A DNA stretch of 64,000 bases, from NCBI RefSeq assembly GCF_006345805.1, contig NC_043009.1:310001-374000 (forward strand), written 5' to 3'. The notes under the pieces were generated by a model. That model saw only the letters and a program-made list of their open reading frames with translations. It had not been told where the DNA came from and made no database searches. Below, in pieces: positions 25,233-40,566 of this stretch. The stretch is from Octopus sinensis. Lineage: Eukaryota. The translations under genes and the position numbers were made by a program. How positions within the stretch are numbered: the first letter of the stretch is position 1; every line of letters begins with the position of its first letter.

Positions 25233-26757
25233 GTTAGACCCAGTGGAGGGCTACAAGTACCTAGGGGTAATTGAAGTGGATGGAATAAGGCATTCAATGA
25301 TGAAGGATAGGATCAGGAGAGAAGACAGAGCTGAATGCAAGAAACAGGATCGAAGCGATCAATGCTTTAGCCATACCAGTCGTAACTTACAGTTTCAATA
25401 TCGTTAACTGGTCAATTACTGAAATATGTAATCTTGACAGAAAAATACGAAAACTGATGACAATGCATAGAATGCACCACCCTAAGGCAGATATAGATCG
25501 ACTTTATCTACCAAGAAAAGAGGGAGACCGTGGGCTTTTACAACTGGCAATAACAATGAAGGTTGCTACAATTGGCCTAGACACCTACCTGAAAAACTCT
25601 GAGGACTGGATGTTAAAACTTGCCTCAAAACATGAAAACAAGAAAGCATCATACTCAGTAACAAAACGGGCAAAGGAATATCTAAGTGAATTCCGAATAC
25701 AACAAATTCCGGAATTAGACACACAAGAAACAAGCGCAGAAAAAGCTAGGCGCATGAAAACCCGTGCTAAAACTGCTGCCTTTGATATTCTGACTGATAA
25801 ATGGCAAGAAAAACCTCTCAATGGCAAATACCCAAGTTGAGTGGATAACGCAGATGTTGACAAAGCCCTGACCCATCAATGGCTAATGGTCTCTGGCTTA
25901 AAATCTGAAACAGAAGGGTTTATCATAGCAGCTCAAGATCAATGCCTACCTACAAGGAACTACCAGGCCAACATATTAAAGAACGGCAGTAGCCCAACAT
26001 GTCGTATATGTCGACAACAAAATGAAACCATTGATCACGTTGTCTCCAAGTGCAGTCTTCTTGCGCCTACAGAGTATCTCAACAGGCATGATAGAGCTGC
26101 ACTATATATTCACCGGGTAATTTGCAGAAGCCTGGACTTGCCCCATGATAAAAACTGGTGGGAACACGAACCAACTTTAGTGCTTGAAAATGACCACATC
26201 TCACTCCTCTGGAACTTTACCATTCAAACTGACAGAAAGATAGACGCGAATAGGCCAGACATCATATTGAAAGACTTCAGACAAAAACATGCCTCCTCAT
26301 TGATATGACTGTCCCAATCGATATAAACGTATCTGTCAAGACCTACCAGAAACTGAGCGAATATAAAGATCTGGAAATAGAAATCAGCAAAATGTGGAAC
26401 CTGAAGACTAAAGCAATACCTGTTGTCATAGGTGCCCTGGGAATGATAGCAAAAGGGGCCGATTGCTACCTAACTCAGATACCAGGAAACCCTAAAATGA
26501 CAGAAATTCAAAAGATAGTGCTCATGGAAACTGCTCATATCCTACGCAAAATACTTTCTATGTAATCTCAAGTTTTAAAACAAACATAAACTTCGTATGG
26601 TTTTTTAGGTATTCACTAGTACAACACTAAGTACAAAACCAAATATATGGCACACTAGGCATAACACCAACATGAACTTCAAAACTTGTTGTCCCTTGAG
26701 GTCTCTGGGTGAGACTTGGAGCCAGCTTGTGCAAATGTAAAGCAAAAGTCAAACATA

Positions 26758-26758
<1 letters not shown>
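25233..26758 (+). mobile_element. R4/Dong-like LINE, family B, 5'-truncated (B1)
   Basis: MHHPKADIDRLY, CRICRQQNETIDHVVSKC, RPDIILKD; 3' end ..ggtctctgggtgagacttggagcc..aaacatag(AAT)n shared with B2. Confidence 0.9.
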
Positions 26759-26843
<85 letters not shown>

Positions 26844-26899
26844 AGATAATGATAATGATAATAATAATATAATAATAATAATAATATAATAATAATAAT

Positions 26900-27033
<134 letters not shown>

Positions 27034-27047
27034 AAGAAGAAGAAGAA

Positions 27048-30000
27048 GGGGACGTTTAAGGAGTTACACCGGGGGACGTTTAAGATGTAAGAACGATAAA
27101 ACAGAGATCTGAAATCTATCCACAAACATCGAAACCAAGGACATCGTATGGAGCCAAAGATTTACTAACAAAGGATTTGACTGTATCCGAGTAAGTAATA
27201 CTAATTGAAATTTATTACTATTTTCGAAACGAAATGATGTATTTTGACTCGATATGATCTCCACCTCTAACACAACACATGTAAACATGCGTGGAACATT
27301 ACGATCCATCAATACCAGATCATCCCCGACCCCAAACACCATGTACAAAGGAACTACGAAGAAATTAACTACCACCGATATTATTCAACCCAAGAATAAC
27401 AATCGGGAGGTACGTACTTTAAACTTACAACACAAAATGTACGAAAAACTACACGTGCAAAACAATGTGACAATAGAAACGAACGGACCGGTACCCTACG
27501 AAAATGACGACCGTCAAAATAATGCGCCGGACGTTGTTCCTCATGTCTCGCAAATAAAACCCAAAAGACATAAATGGACACGTGAGGAATACATTTCTAT
27601 CCTACACGCATACTTCACAGAAGTGCTCTACCCAAAAAATGAAAACACAACAACACATACATATAAAATATGGAAGGAAAATAGCATAAATATAGACTTG
27701 GATACAGCAATGAACCCTAATAAACTAGCTTACGTACGAAGATACATTCTCAGCGCAAAAAAATATCAGAAATAGAAATAGAACATCTAAAAGAAAAAAA
27801 TACACCAGGAAAATGTAGATAGAAGTCACACAACAATGCCCAATAATATAAACACTGAAGCAGCAAAACACGAAGACAAACGTAACATTCCCAACAAACA
27901 CGATGTAAACAAAAAGCAACAAACCCAGACCGTAAGGATGCATAATAATACACGACAAACAGCAAGCCAAAACACGGCAAACAAACATATAAATAAGAAA
28001 GAAAGCGACACAAAGCTAAAACCTGGAAACAACGAAGGGGAGCCTAATGATTATGATAATATAAAAAGTAGAATAGTCAAAGAACTGAAAACCATAGAGC
28101 TCAAAATGGACCACCGACCATACCTCCCAAGAATCAAAATAGACGAAACAACAACACCAATTATAAACAGCATAAACCTAGCCGTCACGGAACTAATAGC
28201 CACTGAAACAAAAAGCGATATCACTGAGCTAAATGACTTAGTATACGCAGCAGCCACTGCAGCCACAAAAGAAGCTGGATACTCACTCAAACCCATCCAA
28301 ACAGGAGTACCACCACCCAAACAAACCCTCTGGATAAATAACATCCAAAACAAAATTTAAAAAATGAGAAAAGATCTGTCGATTCTTAATGAAATCAGTA
28401 GACAATCAACGCAACTGAGCAACAAAAAGAGAACAAAAATACTCCGCAAATATAACATCACAGAAAAAGATTTACCTGAGATAAAAGAAAAGCTGAAGCA
28501 AGATATCTTGCCAAAGCATAAAGGATCCGCCGATACGAGAAACGCCAGCGCTTCTTTGAACAAAACAAAAAGTTCAACTCCAATCCCCAAAAGTTCTACC
28601 AAGAACTTGGCAAAAATAAAATAGAAATCACTGCAGCACCAACGGAAGAAGAAGTGGAAGAATTCTGGAGAGAAATATGGTCGGCGAACGAACAACTAAA
28701 AAACAGGAGTATTAAAACAACAAACTCAGCATCTGAACAACTTTGGACCCCCATAACAACTAAAGAGGTCACCCAGGCACTGCAAAGACTAAGCAACTGG
28801 AAGACACCTGGGCATGACAAGATCCCCAACTTCTGGTTGAAATATCTAACAGGAATGCACAAAAGGCTGGCTGAAAACTTTAACAACATACTAGCAGAGC
28901 TAGAGACAATGCCTGAATGGCTCACGAAGGGGAAAACCATCTTAATTCCTAAATCAAATGAGACAGCAAAACCAGAAAACTACAGACCAATAACCTGTCT
29001 CCCTACAATGTACAAGGCATTTACTGCAGTGATATCGCAAAGGTTGAACAAGCACCTGGACGAAATCAACCTGTTTCCAGAAGATCAGAAAGGATGCCGC
29101 AAAGGCTCATATGGCTGTAAAGATCAACTAATGATTAATAAAGCCATAACTGAAGACAGCCACAGAAAGTAGAAAGGCCTCAGTATGGCCTGGATCGACT
29201 ACAAAAAGGCGTTTGATAGCATCCGCCACACATGGATCCTCGAAACACTAGCCATTAACAAGTAGCACCAACAAATAAAAATTTATAGGGCACTCTATGA
29301 ATAAATGGCAAACAGTCCTACACCTCCAAACAAAAGAGGGACTCATGAAAACCAAAGCCATCCCCATTAGAAGAGGAATATTCCAGGGAGACATGCTCTC
29401 TTCACTCCTTTTCTGCTTGGCACTGTCACCTCTATCTGATATGCTAAATAGAACTGGATGCGGATATAAATTTACGGCAACAAAACGATCAGCCACCTTT
29501 TATATATGGATGACCTAAAACTATACGCTGCAAATGACAAACAGCTGGAAACACTATTAAAGACAGTTCATGGATTTACCAAAGAAATAGATATGAAGTT
29601 TGGATTAGAAAAATGCGCCAAAGTAACCATGAAAATAGGAAAACTAGTTAAGAGTAGCAACATCACACTAGATAAAACCAATGAAATAAAAGAATTAGAC
29701 CAAAGCCAAACTTACAAATACTAAGGAATCTATGAACTAGATAAGACACAACACACACAAATGAAAGAGAAAATAAAAAAAGAATATTATAGACGAGTTA
29801 GATCAATACTAAAAATAGAGCTCAATGCTAAAAACAAGATAATAGGTATTAACACTTTAGCTGTCCCAGTTATAAGTTACAGCTACAATATCCTTAACTG
29901 GACACTAAATGAACTGACCAAAATAGATAGGAAAACAAGAAAAATAATGACAGGATCTAGGATGCATCACCCAAAATCTGACATAGAAAGACTATATATA

Positions 30001-31258
30001 CAACGTATAGAAGGTGGTAGAGGCCTTATACAGCTGGAAAACTACTATAAAATAACCACCATAGGACTGCAAAAATATCTACTTCAGAAGGAAGGAAAAC
30101 TGATACAAATAGCGGCAAAACACGAGCAAAACAAAAAACTGTTCTCAGTATTTAAGCAAGCTGACAAATACAAACAAGAAATCATACCACCTAATAAATA
30201 TGAAGAAGAAGAAGAAGAAGAAGAAGAAGAAGAGAAGAAGAAGAAGAAGAAGAAGAAGAAGAAGAAGAAGAAGAAGAAGAAGAAGAAGAAGAAGAAGAAG
30301 AAGAAGAAGAAGAAGAAGAAGAAGAAGAAGGAGATAAAGAAACAACAAAAGCTATAGAACAAATGAAATCCAAACTAAAAATAGAACAGCTACGAACCAT
30401 GATAAAACGATGGCAAGAAAATCCCCTTCATGGTAAATACTGGACTAAACTAAACGCAAAAGAAATAGACAAAGAAAAATCCCAGCAATGGTTGAGAAGA
30501 AACAGAGGGATTTTTAATTGCAGCACAAGACCAAAGCCTCCCCACCAGAAATTATCAAAAACATGTAATGAAAAGAAATATAACAAGTAAATGCAGAATA
30601 TGTGGAGATGAACAAGAAACAATAAATCATATTATCTCTGGCTGCCCAGTCCTCGCTAAGAAGGAATATATTCACAGACATGACAGAGTTGGAACCTACA
30701 TACACTGGAAGCTATGCCAACATTATGGAATAACAACAGAAAAAAGATGGTATAGGCACACACCAGAAAAGATCACAGAAAACGAGAAAGCAACCATACT
30801 CTGGGATATGCAGATACACACAGATAGAGAAATTAAGGCCAACAGACCAGATATAGTTGTCAGAGATCATGCAGAAAAAAATGCTTTCTAATTGATGTAT
30901 CAATACCGGCAGATGACAACGTTTCTCTAAAAGAAATGGAGAAACTTTCAAAATACAGAGACCTGAAAATAGAGGTAACCAGAATATGGAATCTAAAAAC
31001 AGAAACAATTCCTATCATAGTAGGTGCATTAGGCATGATAAAAAAATATTCAGACAAATACATAACAAAAACACCAGGACTTACAAACACATATAACATA
31101 CAGAAAATTGCACTACTAGGCACTGCACACATCCTACGCAGAACACTTTCCATACAATAACCATCAGAGCATCACAACAAATCACAGCACATACCTAAGG
31201 CACACAGAGCTGCGCTCGGTAGTGAAGTGAAAGCACGATATAAAAAATAAAACTACTG
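27048..31258 (+). mobile_element. R4/Dong-like LINE, family A, near full length (A3), ORF disrupted
   Basis: N-terminal RHKWTREEY..Y..W..NKLA.VRR region, RT, knuckle and RLE in fragments 27254-31160; (AAT)n tail at 31259-31478. Confidence 0.92.
30202..30330 (+). repeat. (GAA)n expansion inside the A3 ORF
   Basis: About 43 triplets, versus GAA4-GAT3-GAA at 23152-23175 in A1. Confidence 0.95.
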
Positions 31259-31260
31259 AA

Positions 31261-31306
<46 letters not shown>

Positions 31307-31341
31307 TTAATAATAGTAATGATAATGATAATAATATAATA

Positions 31342-31382
<41 letters not shown>

Positions 31383-31518
31383 TAATAATAATAATAATAT
31401 AATAATAATAATAATAATAATATAATAATAATAATAAATAATAATAACAACAATAATAATAATAATAATAATAATAAACACCATATAATACTAACATTGT
31501 ATTTCTCTATATTTTCAG

Positions 31519-31601
31519 ACGTACCCAAACTGTATGCTCATAGCAGTGTCATCTCTGGTGCTTTCATTGCAGCAGTCGCCTTCAAGAAGTTACTTCTTTA
31601 A
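31519..31601 (+). CDS. Exon 4 (terminal), copy 1 (HVPKLYAHSSVISGAFIAAVAFKKLLL*), GPI-signal-like tail
   Basis: Branch-point-like CTAAC at 31491-31495, attttcAG acceptor, phase 1, TAA at 31599-31601, hydrophobic C-terminus. Confidence 0.7.
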
Positions 31602-31761
31602 AATTTTTATTATGATATTCATAAAATTGATAAATATATGTTGATTTAAAAGTTGTAAACTTGCTTTCTCAATGAATGTACGAGTTCAAAGAGTACAAAT
31701 TCTTGGTGTCTTAATTGTATGTTGATATGCAAATTATAATTTGAGCTGCCCTAAAGTTTGA

Positions 31762-31767
31762 AATAAA
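31762..31767 (+). terminator. Polyadenylation signal AATAAA of the neuritin-like gene
   Basis: AATAAA ~160 nt after the stop codon in an AT-rich 3' UTR. Confidence 0.5.
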
Positions 31768-32234
31768 GTGAAATTTATTACAATAATACTTAGTTTCGTT
31801 TGATTAGGTTCCGTGGATTTCAATGTTTTACGATACATATAAATACATTCTTACATGCACTAATCTTGAGAAATCATGGTTCTGAAAATCATAAAGGAGA
31901 AACCTAATTAGAAGACTACAGTTATATGCCATCAATGGAACTGTCAAATGATGTAAAAAAAATTCCCAAAGTACATATGCACTTATATAGACACGCGAAT
32001 ATACGTATGAACATACATTCAGAAAACGAAACACACGTCTTTACATGCATTCACTTCAAATATTTGCACATATTCACGCATACATGCAAAAACTATATTC
32101 TCGGTATTGTTGAAATTCTAAGGAAGCCTTGTATCTTGAGTAGAAATCGGGCCTTTCTCAATTGGCAAGAAATATAGACATAAACTAAATAATAACATAC
32201 ATACATACATATATACATATGCAAAACACAGTAG

Positions 32235-32370
32235 AACTGGCACGAAGCGCAGCCTCTCTTGGACACAAGGCCACTACATCACATCACAGTTTGAAGGTTA
32301 TGTGTTTGCAATCCAGGAACAGGAGATTGCCACAAAGTACCTGCTGGACAAGCGGGACAGTGATGCTATT
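32235..32370 (+). mobile_element. Short fragment of another R4-like LINE family
   Basis: Translates SLSWTQGHYITSQFEGYVFAIQEQEIATKYLLDKR, cf. ETEGFLIAAQDQSLPTRNY in A1. Confidence 0.6.
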
Positions 32371-34489
32371 GTAATCTCAAGGCGCAAAATAGAAAACAAT
32401 ACGTTTGAACCAGTGGACAGCTCTCTGATATATGTAGCTGTTGGCGGCATCACGTAGACGAGGGACTGGAAGGCGGCAGGTAAACGGCCGCGTGCATGCG
32501 CCGGCGGTAACGACCACGCCCTAGTGGCATGGTCGGCGGGGGAGCCGCCAGGCTAGCACCATCGGCGGCGCTAAAGACCACGCGCGTCAGTTTCAGAACG
32601 TGTATTCGTGCGGTAAGCACGAACAGATGCACGAAAGCGCGGCGTAGGGTGAGGAGCCATCAGCGTTGTGCACACAAGGGAAATGAGATAAGGGACTACC
32701 TACATCAGCTTCCTATTGTTTCCATGCTATAGACGTCGTCATGGCAATCGTTATGTAAAAACTAACGCTTCCTTTTTCCGATCTGAGATTCGAAACTGAA
32801 TCTCAGGATTCTCGCTCATCTGATCCACCATTGGTGAAAGAGGAGGCGCTAGAGAAATTTCATAGTCCTGACGAAAGATAATACATGAACTTTCATTTCG
32901 AACTTTGGCACTAGCTATTTCACACCAGTTGACCTAAATTACTCCTGATGACCATCATATAAATCTAACACTTTGGCCAATCAGCCAACATATATTTAGC
33001 AGTCGCAGAACACACCACACACACACACTCATATATATACATATATATACATATATACGTCGGGCTTCTTTCAGTTTCCGTCTACCAAATCCACTCACAA
33101 GGCTTTGGTCGGCCCGAGGCTATAGTAAAAGACAGTTGCCCAAGGTTCCACGCAGTGTGACTGAACACGGAACCATGTGTTTCGTAAGCAAGCTACTTAC
33201 CACACAACCAATCTTATGACTATAGCAAACTAATAATGTTTAAAATCAATTAATTGAATTCCACGTTAGCCATACGAAGTATTGGCTATAAAACAGGACT
33301 TGGTCATTTGACTATAAAACAGGACTTTTTCCACGAGACACTTATATTGTGAGATAGCACGCGACTTCATTCACTACTGAAATTTGCTAACGGGACTTTC
33401 CAGCTGTTTCGGTGTCCTATTTCCGGCATATTATTCCGGAACCCAAACAAATGGGGGCGAAATGCTGGTGGCATTCAGATGCCCACTGATGATACGGTAT
33501 AGAAACGTATTCAGTAGAAGAATTCGCAGAAACTCTGAATAGCTGCAACAGTTTCCATATAGTGCAATGCAACTCCGATATTTATTTCACCTTACGTTTA
33601 ATTTAAATTACCACTACTTGGTCGTTTGCTGCCTTTAATTGTGTCCACACTATAAAAAAGCATTCAGACCAAGGATAACATCCATTCTTCCTCTCTTTCG
33701 TCAATCTTAGAAGCCCTGCAATGAGTTATAAACGCTGTTCTTTCTTTCTTGTATACTTAATTAATATCAAAGAAATATCTCAATCCATTTTGAGCATAAA
33801 ATGTAGATTGCTATGAAGCAATCTTCACAGCAACTTAATGGGTTCTATTGACGTTAGAATGCTTTCAGTGTTTGTAAACCTAAGTGGAGTAATTTCTAAT
33901 TCAAACATGAGACCTAATATTTTTTTAGATACGTAGCGAAGTTTTGCTTTTCAATAATGCTAATTTGAAAACGTTAATTATATAGGCGTTGGCGATGGCC
34001 GTGTTGGTAAGGAGCCTGCTTCCCAACAATGTGGCCTTAGGTTCAGTCCCACTGCGCAGGACTTCGGGTAAGAGTCTTCTACAATAGCTCTGCATCAACG
34101 AAAGCCTTGTGGGCGGATATGGTAGAGGGAAGCTGGAAGAATCTTGTTGTTTATAAATATATATATATGTATGTGTGTGTGTGGGGGGGTGTCTATGTGT
34201 TTATCGCTCTGTTTGTCCCCCACCACCATTTGGCAGCCAGTATTGGTTTGTTTACGTTCCCGAAACTTTCTTATTGATTACAAATTATGGCTCAAGGCCA
34301 ACAAATTCAGGGATGAGTTAAGTTGATAACATTGATCACAGGACTCAGTCGGTTCCTATTCTACTGACCACACACGAAAAGATGAGAAGCAAAATTGACT
34401 TCGGTGGAATTTAAGCACTGACCCTAAAATCGGACGAAATGTTACAAGGCTTTTTTTTCTTTGTTTGCCGATGTGCTAGCGATACTTAT

Positions 34490-34900
34490 TCCTTTATTGC
34501 CCACAAGGGGCTATACGTAGAGGGGACAAACAAGTACAGACAAACGGATTAAATCGATTACATCGACCCCAGTGCGTAACTGGTACTTATTTAATCGACC
34601 CCGAAAGGATGAAAGACAAAGTCGACCTCAGTGGAATTTGAACTCAGAACGATGCGGCAGACGAATACCTATTTCTTTACTACCCACAAGGGGCAAAACA
34701 CAGAGAGGACAAACAAGGACAGACAAACGGATTAAGGTGATTATATCGACTCCAGTGCGTAACTGGTACTTAATTTATCGACCCCGAAAGGATGAAAGGC
34801 AAAGTCAACCTCGGCGGAATTTGAACTCACAACGTAACGGCAGAAGAAATACCGCTAAGCATTTCGCCCGGCGTGCTAACGCTTCAGCCAGTTTGCGGCC
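34490..34900 (-). mobile_element. Tandem SINE copies (same family as 7095-7321)
   Basis: Two overlapping copies of the cccgaaaggatgaaaggcaaagtc core. Confidence 0.75.
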
Positions 34901-35444
34901 TTTAAAGATATTCCTTATATTAGACACTTAGGGGTAAATATTTCATCGTGTGCAATTAGTGTGATAAACAGATAACATACATTCAATGGATGTCATACAT
35001 AGACTGCATTCTTTCGTTATCTAAGTCTTCTACTACTACAGGAATATTCAATACATGGATTTTATGAAAATATGGAAATACCATATACCATTCACTTCAT
35101 AGTAAAAAGACCTCTCATGATAACGAATAAAACAAAACTAGTATACAACCCTGCAGCAGTTCTCCCCGTTAGAGAAAATATTCACCCACTCTGTCATTTC
35201 ATAGTAATTTCTTTCCTCCCTCCCTCTCTTAGTCCGTAATCCAAAGTAGGAAGCAACAGTTGTAGATCCCAGTCAAGTAACCGCGTGTAGAATGCATTTC
35301 TTTCCCTTATACCAGCGATAACCGTTAGTAGTTAATAATAAATCTTGTTAACGTTAGATGTAGCAAAATTCATGCCTTTCCCAGACATACGAGTGGCGTC
35401 AGTAAAAAAACAAACAGAAAAGGCACAATTAAAAATATAGAAAA

Positions 35445-35946
35445 CTACCTTAAGGTGACCCGCTCTACGCGCGGGCGAGGGTGTGGTTGTTACTTTTTGT
35501 TGCTTCCTTTCAATTTTTCATCGCCACATACTCCATCTTTTTTCTCTCTCCTTTCTCTCACTTTCCCACTCTCTTACTCTTCCTTTCTCTCGGACTCTCT
35601 CTCGCATTCTCTTACTCTCTATCTTTCACTATCTATCTATCTCCCATTTATAAAAAATTAGATTTCCGCGCTCAAATTACAAATCCGCTTCCACTTTACC
35701 ATGTTGAAAATTTGATTGAAATCGGGCAAAAGGTTTCGAATCTAGACCCCCCAATATCATTAAAATCCCCGTTTTCACAGCAAAGCAGCCACTGTAGCGC
35801 CCCAAAACGTCTCCCAATCAGTTTCTCACCTCAAGTTACCCCCTCCTGTAAATTTTAATCCACTTCCAGCCCCACCAAGACCCCCTTTTACATAAAAATC
35901 CAATTTGTATCAATGTTCGCCTTCTTCATTTTATAGAACAGACAGA
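35445..35946 (-). mobile_element. Short non-autonomous Helitron-like element
   Basis: Minus strand: A|TC start, 3' hairpin gcccgc-gcgta-gagcggg followed by GTAG|T. Confidence 0.55.
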
Positions 35947-36215
35947 TATACCCGGCCATGCTCGGGATTAAATAGTTATTACTGTTTTAATTGTTTCGGT
36001 ATAATAATCCTATTTTATTTGGATCTACGCGGGCCGCATTTTAAAAGATGAGGAATTTTGCCCTAGAGGCCATGCCTTTCAATTGAGCAAACTCAAAGTT
36101 GCCATGCAAACTCGCTTGCACTTTTAACATAGGTGTGCATATCTTCAGCTCAATCCGACCACATATGCACACATTATAAATATGTATATATATATATGCA
36201 TTATATATACATGTC

Positions 36216-37660
<1,445 letters not shown>

Positions 37661-39207
37661 ATGATAATATCAAATAATATAATACCTAATTATCTTAAAT
37701 TTAATACTACTTAATAAATATACCACCTAATTATTAAATGATATATTTTCTAACAAAATTAATTCTCAAATAAAATTAAATGTAACGCGTTAGATCCCTT
37801 TATAAAAAATAATAAAACATTCTAAATAAATAGATATAATAATTAATATCTATCATAACTTATAACTATCAATATATATAAAAATGATATAATGGCGAAA
37901 ATTATTTACTAATGGAAAGTAAGAAAAATTTAAGCCCCATAAATTAAAGAAACATGCAAAAATATTAGAACAAATGAACAATAAACTATGAAGATATTCA
38001 ACCACAACCGACAGTCCACTACAAATCCAGTTAATAACAATAATAATAATAACAACGATCAAACTCAAAATAATACAAGATCTAAATTAATATTGATAAA
38101 CAAACTATGTTACGAAGTTCAACGATTAAATTAATCTATCTGGATTTTAAATGTATAAAAATATATGTTTTAGCGTCTTATTAATATACCCAATGCTATT
38201 ACTAATCATGATTAATACAATCAAAAATAGGAAATAGTTCAAATATACACAAATCCATTATATAAACTATCTATTTTATTAATATCTATGTGTAATATCT
38301 ATAGATTTAATATTTCACGCGATAATAAAGTTAAACATAATATTAGTTAAAATAAAAACTAATTTACTTAAATGTAATACTACTTAATAAAAATATTACA
38401 TAATTATTAAAAAGTATAGTCTAACGAAACTAACTCTCAAATTATATTATATGTAAAACGTTAAATCCCTTTATAAAAATTAATACAGATCATAATTTAA
38501 TAACGATCGTAAAAAATAACTACCAAGAAACTATAAATAAATAATAATATTTGAACAACAATAATAATAACAATAATAATAATAATTTCAAACCCAAAAC
38601 GATTCATAATCCAAATGAAATAGATTAGCAATAGAATGTAACATAACTTGACGAAGGAAAATTGTAGCTTAATTTTTAACGTTAAAAAAAATTAATAGCG
38701 TTTATAAAATTTAACTCGTGAAGACATAGTGAAAACAAACAGAATAAATTCTCAATGAAAATGGCAAATCTTTTTATCAATGAAAAATACGAAAAAAGAA
38801 GAAAAAACATTTAAGCCTGATGAACTAAAGAAAGGTGAGAAAAAAATACAACTTATGGAGAAACTACCATGAAGACGCCCAACTACATCTAACAGACCCC
38901 TATTAATAATTCAATAACAATATCAACAACAACTAATTATTAATCCCAATACAATACAAAATCCAAACAAAATTGAGGAAATTGTCGTTGAGACAATATC
39001 ACTAGATTATAAACGTAAAAGAATAGTTCTTAGCGTTTATAAAAATAAAATAAGAATAAATAATATTAATAAAATAACTAAAAGGATTTATTAATGAAAA
39101 ATGCGGAAAATATTTAAGCATCGTGATCAAAGAAAATTAATAAAAATAGGATAACAAGTATTACTTGTTCATCAAAACTACCCGAATCCTACATCAAACT
39201 GAACGCG

Positions 39208-39269
<62 letters not shown>

Positions 39270-39789
39270 ATCTGCCACTAACCCAATCTACAAACCGCCA
39301 GCTACCGCCATATTTATTCACAGCCCACTACCCCCCTAACATTCAACCTTTCCAATAGTCTCCAACACATGAAGACAAAACCCATCTCAAACTCACCATC
39401 AACAAATATTTTTGGTCATTTTGTTTAAATTATTAATATAACTTTTAACAAAATAGTAAAATGTACTCTAATACTATTAAATATCTACAATAAATAAATA
39501 AACAACATAAGACGATATAAGGTTTAATATATACTTAAGATAAGTTAAATGTAATATACAGGTACATAAAATAATTATAGCATTTAATTTAAATGATTAT
39601 TTACTATAAATTTAAAGTCTAAATAATAAGTAATTAAATCAAATAAATATATATTATGTTGAATTTAATTTATATTACTATAATAAATATATATTTAAAA
39701 ACAATATAATTATTTATTTATTAGCTAAATCTATTATAAAGTTACTTTAATTTATATTTACATTTAATTTTACGTTCCTCCAGTGAGTT

Positions 39790-40470
39790 TACCAACGCAT
39801 AATTGTTATTAAATAATATTTCTTTAAATTCGTTATTACAAGGAGAACAATTATTACACCCTATAGTATATGATTTAGCCCTACAAATAATATCCCTATT
39901 TAATTTATGCTTAATAGATCTTTATTTAAGGTCCCAAATATATTTACTGAGACCTGTTGAATTTATAAGATTTTTATTCCTAAAAGAATACAAATGTTGA
40001 GAAATTTTGGATTTAATTTTATTCGAAGTGGACCCTATATAAATACTATTTAAATTAACTTCATTCAAATTCTTATCATTTATTATAGTTACCATACACT
40101 TATAGACTACATTATTTAAAATACAATAATTATTAAATTTTCATGTAGACTTATCACGACATGTACAATAAATTAAATCTTGGTCTTTATTATTATTATT
40201 GGAATCAATATTTAATCTATCTTTATAGAATTTCTTTAATTTAAAAATATTATACAAAGAAACATTATTATTAACATTATTAGTAGTTGAATAACCAACT
40301 CCAAAATTATATTTGGAAAAAATATTACGATATTTTTTATTATCCTTAATAAATACTTCAATTATATTTAAATCTCTTTAATAAGATTTGTTTTAAATTG
40401 AGCCCCAAAAGGAATGATTAACCATATTTTATTTTTATTTTTATCTTTTATATTATGATTATAATTAATA
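39790..40470 (-). mobile_element. Penelope-like element, C-terminal part (RT thumb + GIY-YIG), degraded
   Basis: KIWLIIPFGAQFKTNL; YIGSTSNKIK..HLYSFRNK..NSTGLSKYIWDLK; C-x2-C near the end. Confidence 0.75.
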
Positions 40471-40482
40471 TTATTATTATTA

Positions 40483-40541
<59 letters not shown>

Positions 40542-40566
40542 TATTATTATTATTATTATTATTATT

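Noticed and set aside
33481-33520. CTGATGA...GAAACGTA hammerhead-like motif
   Set aside because: Stem II cannot form and there is no stem I complementarity.
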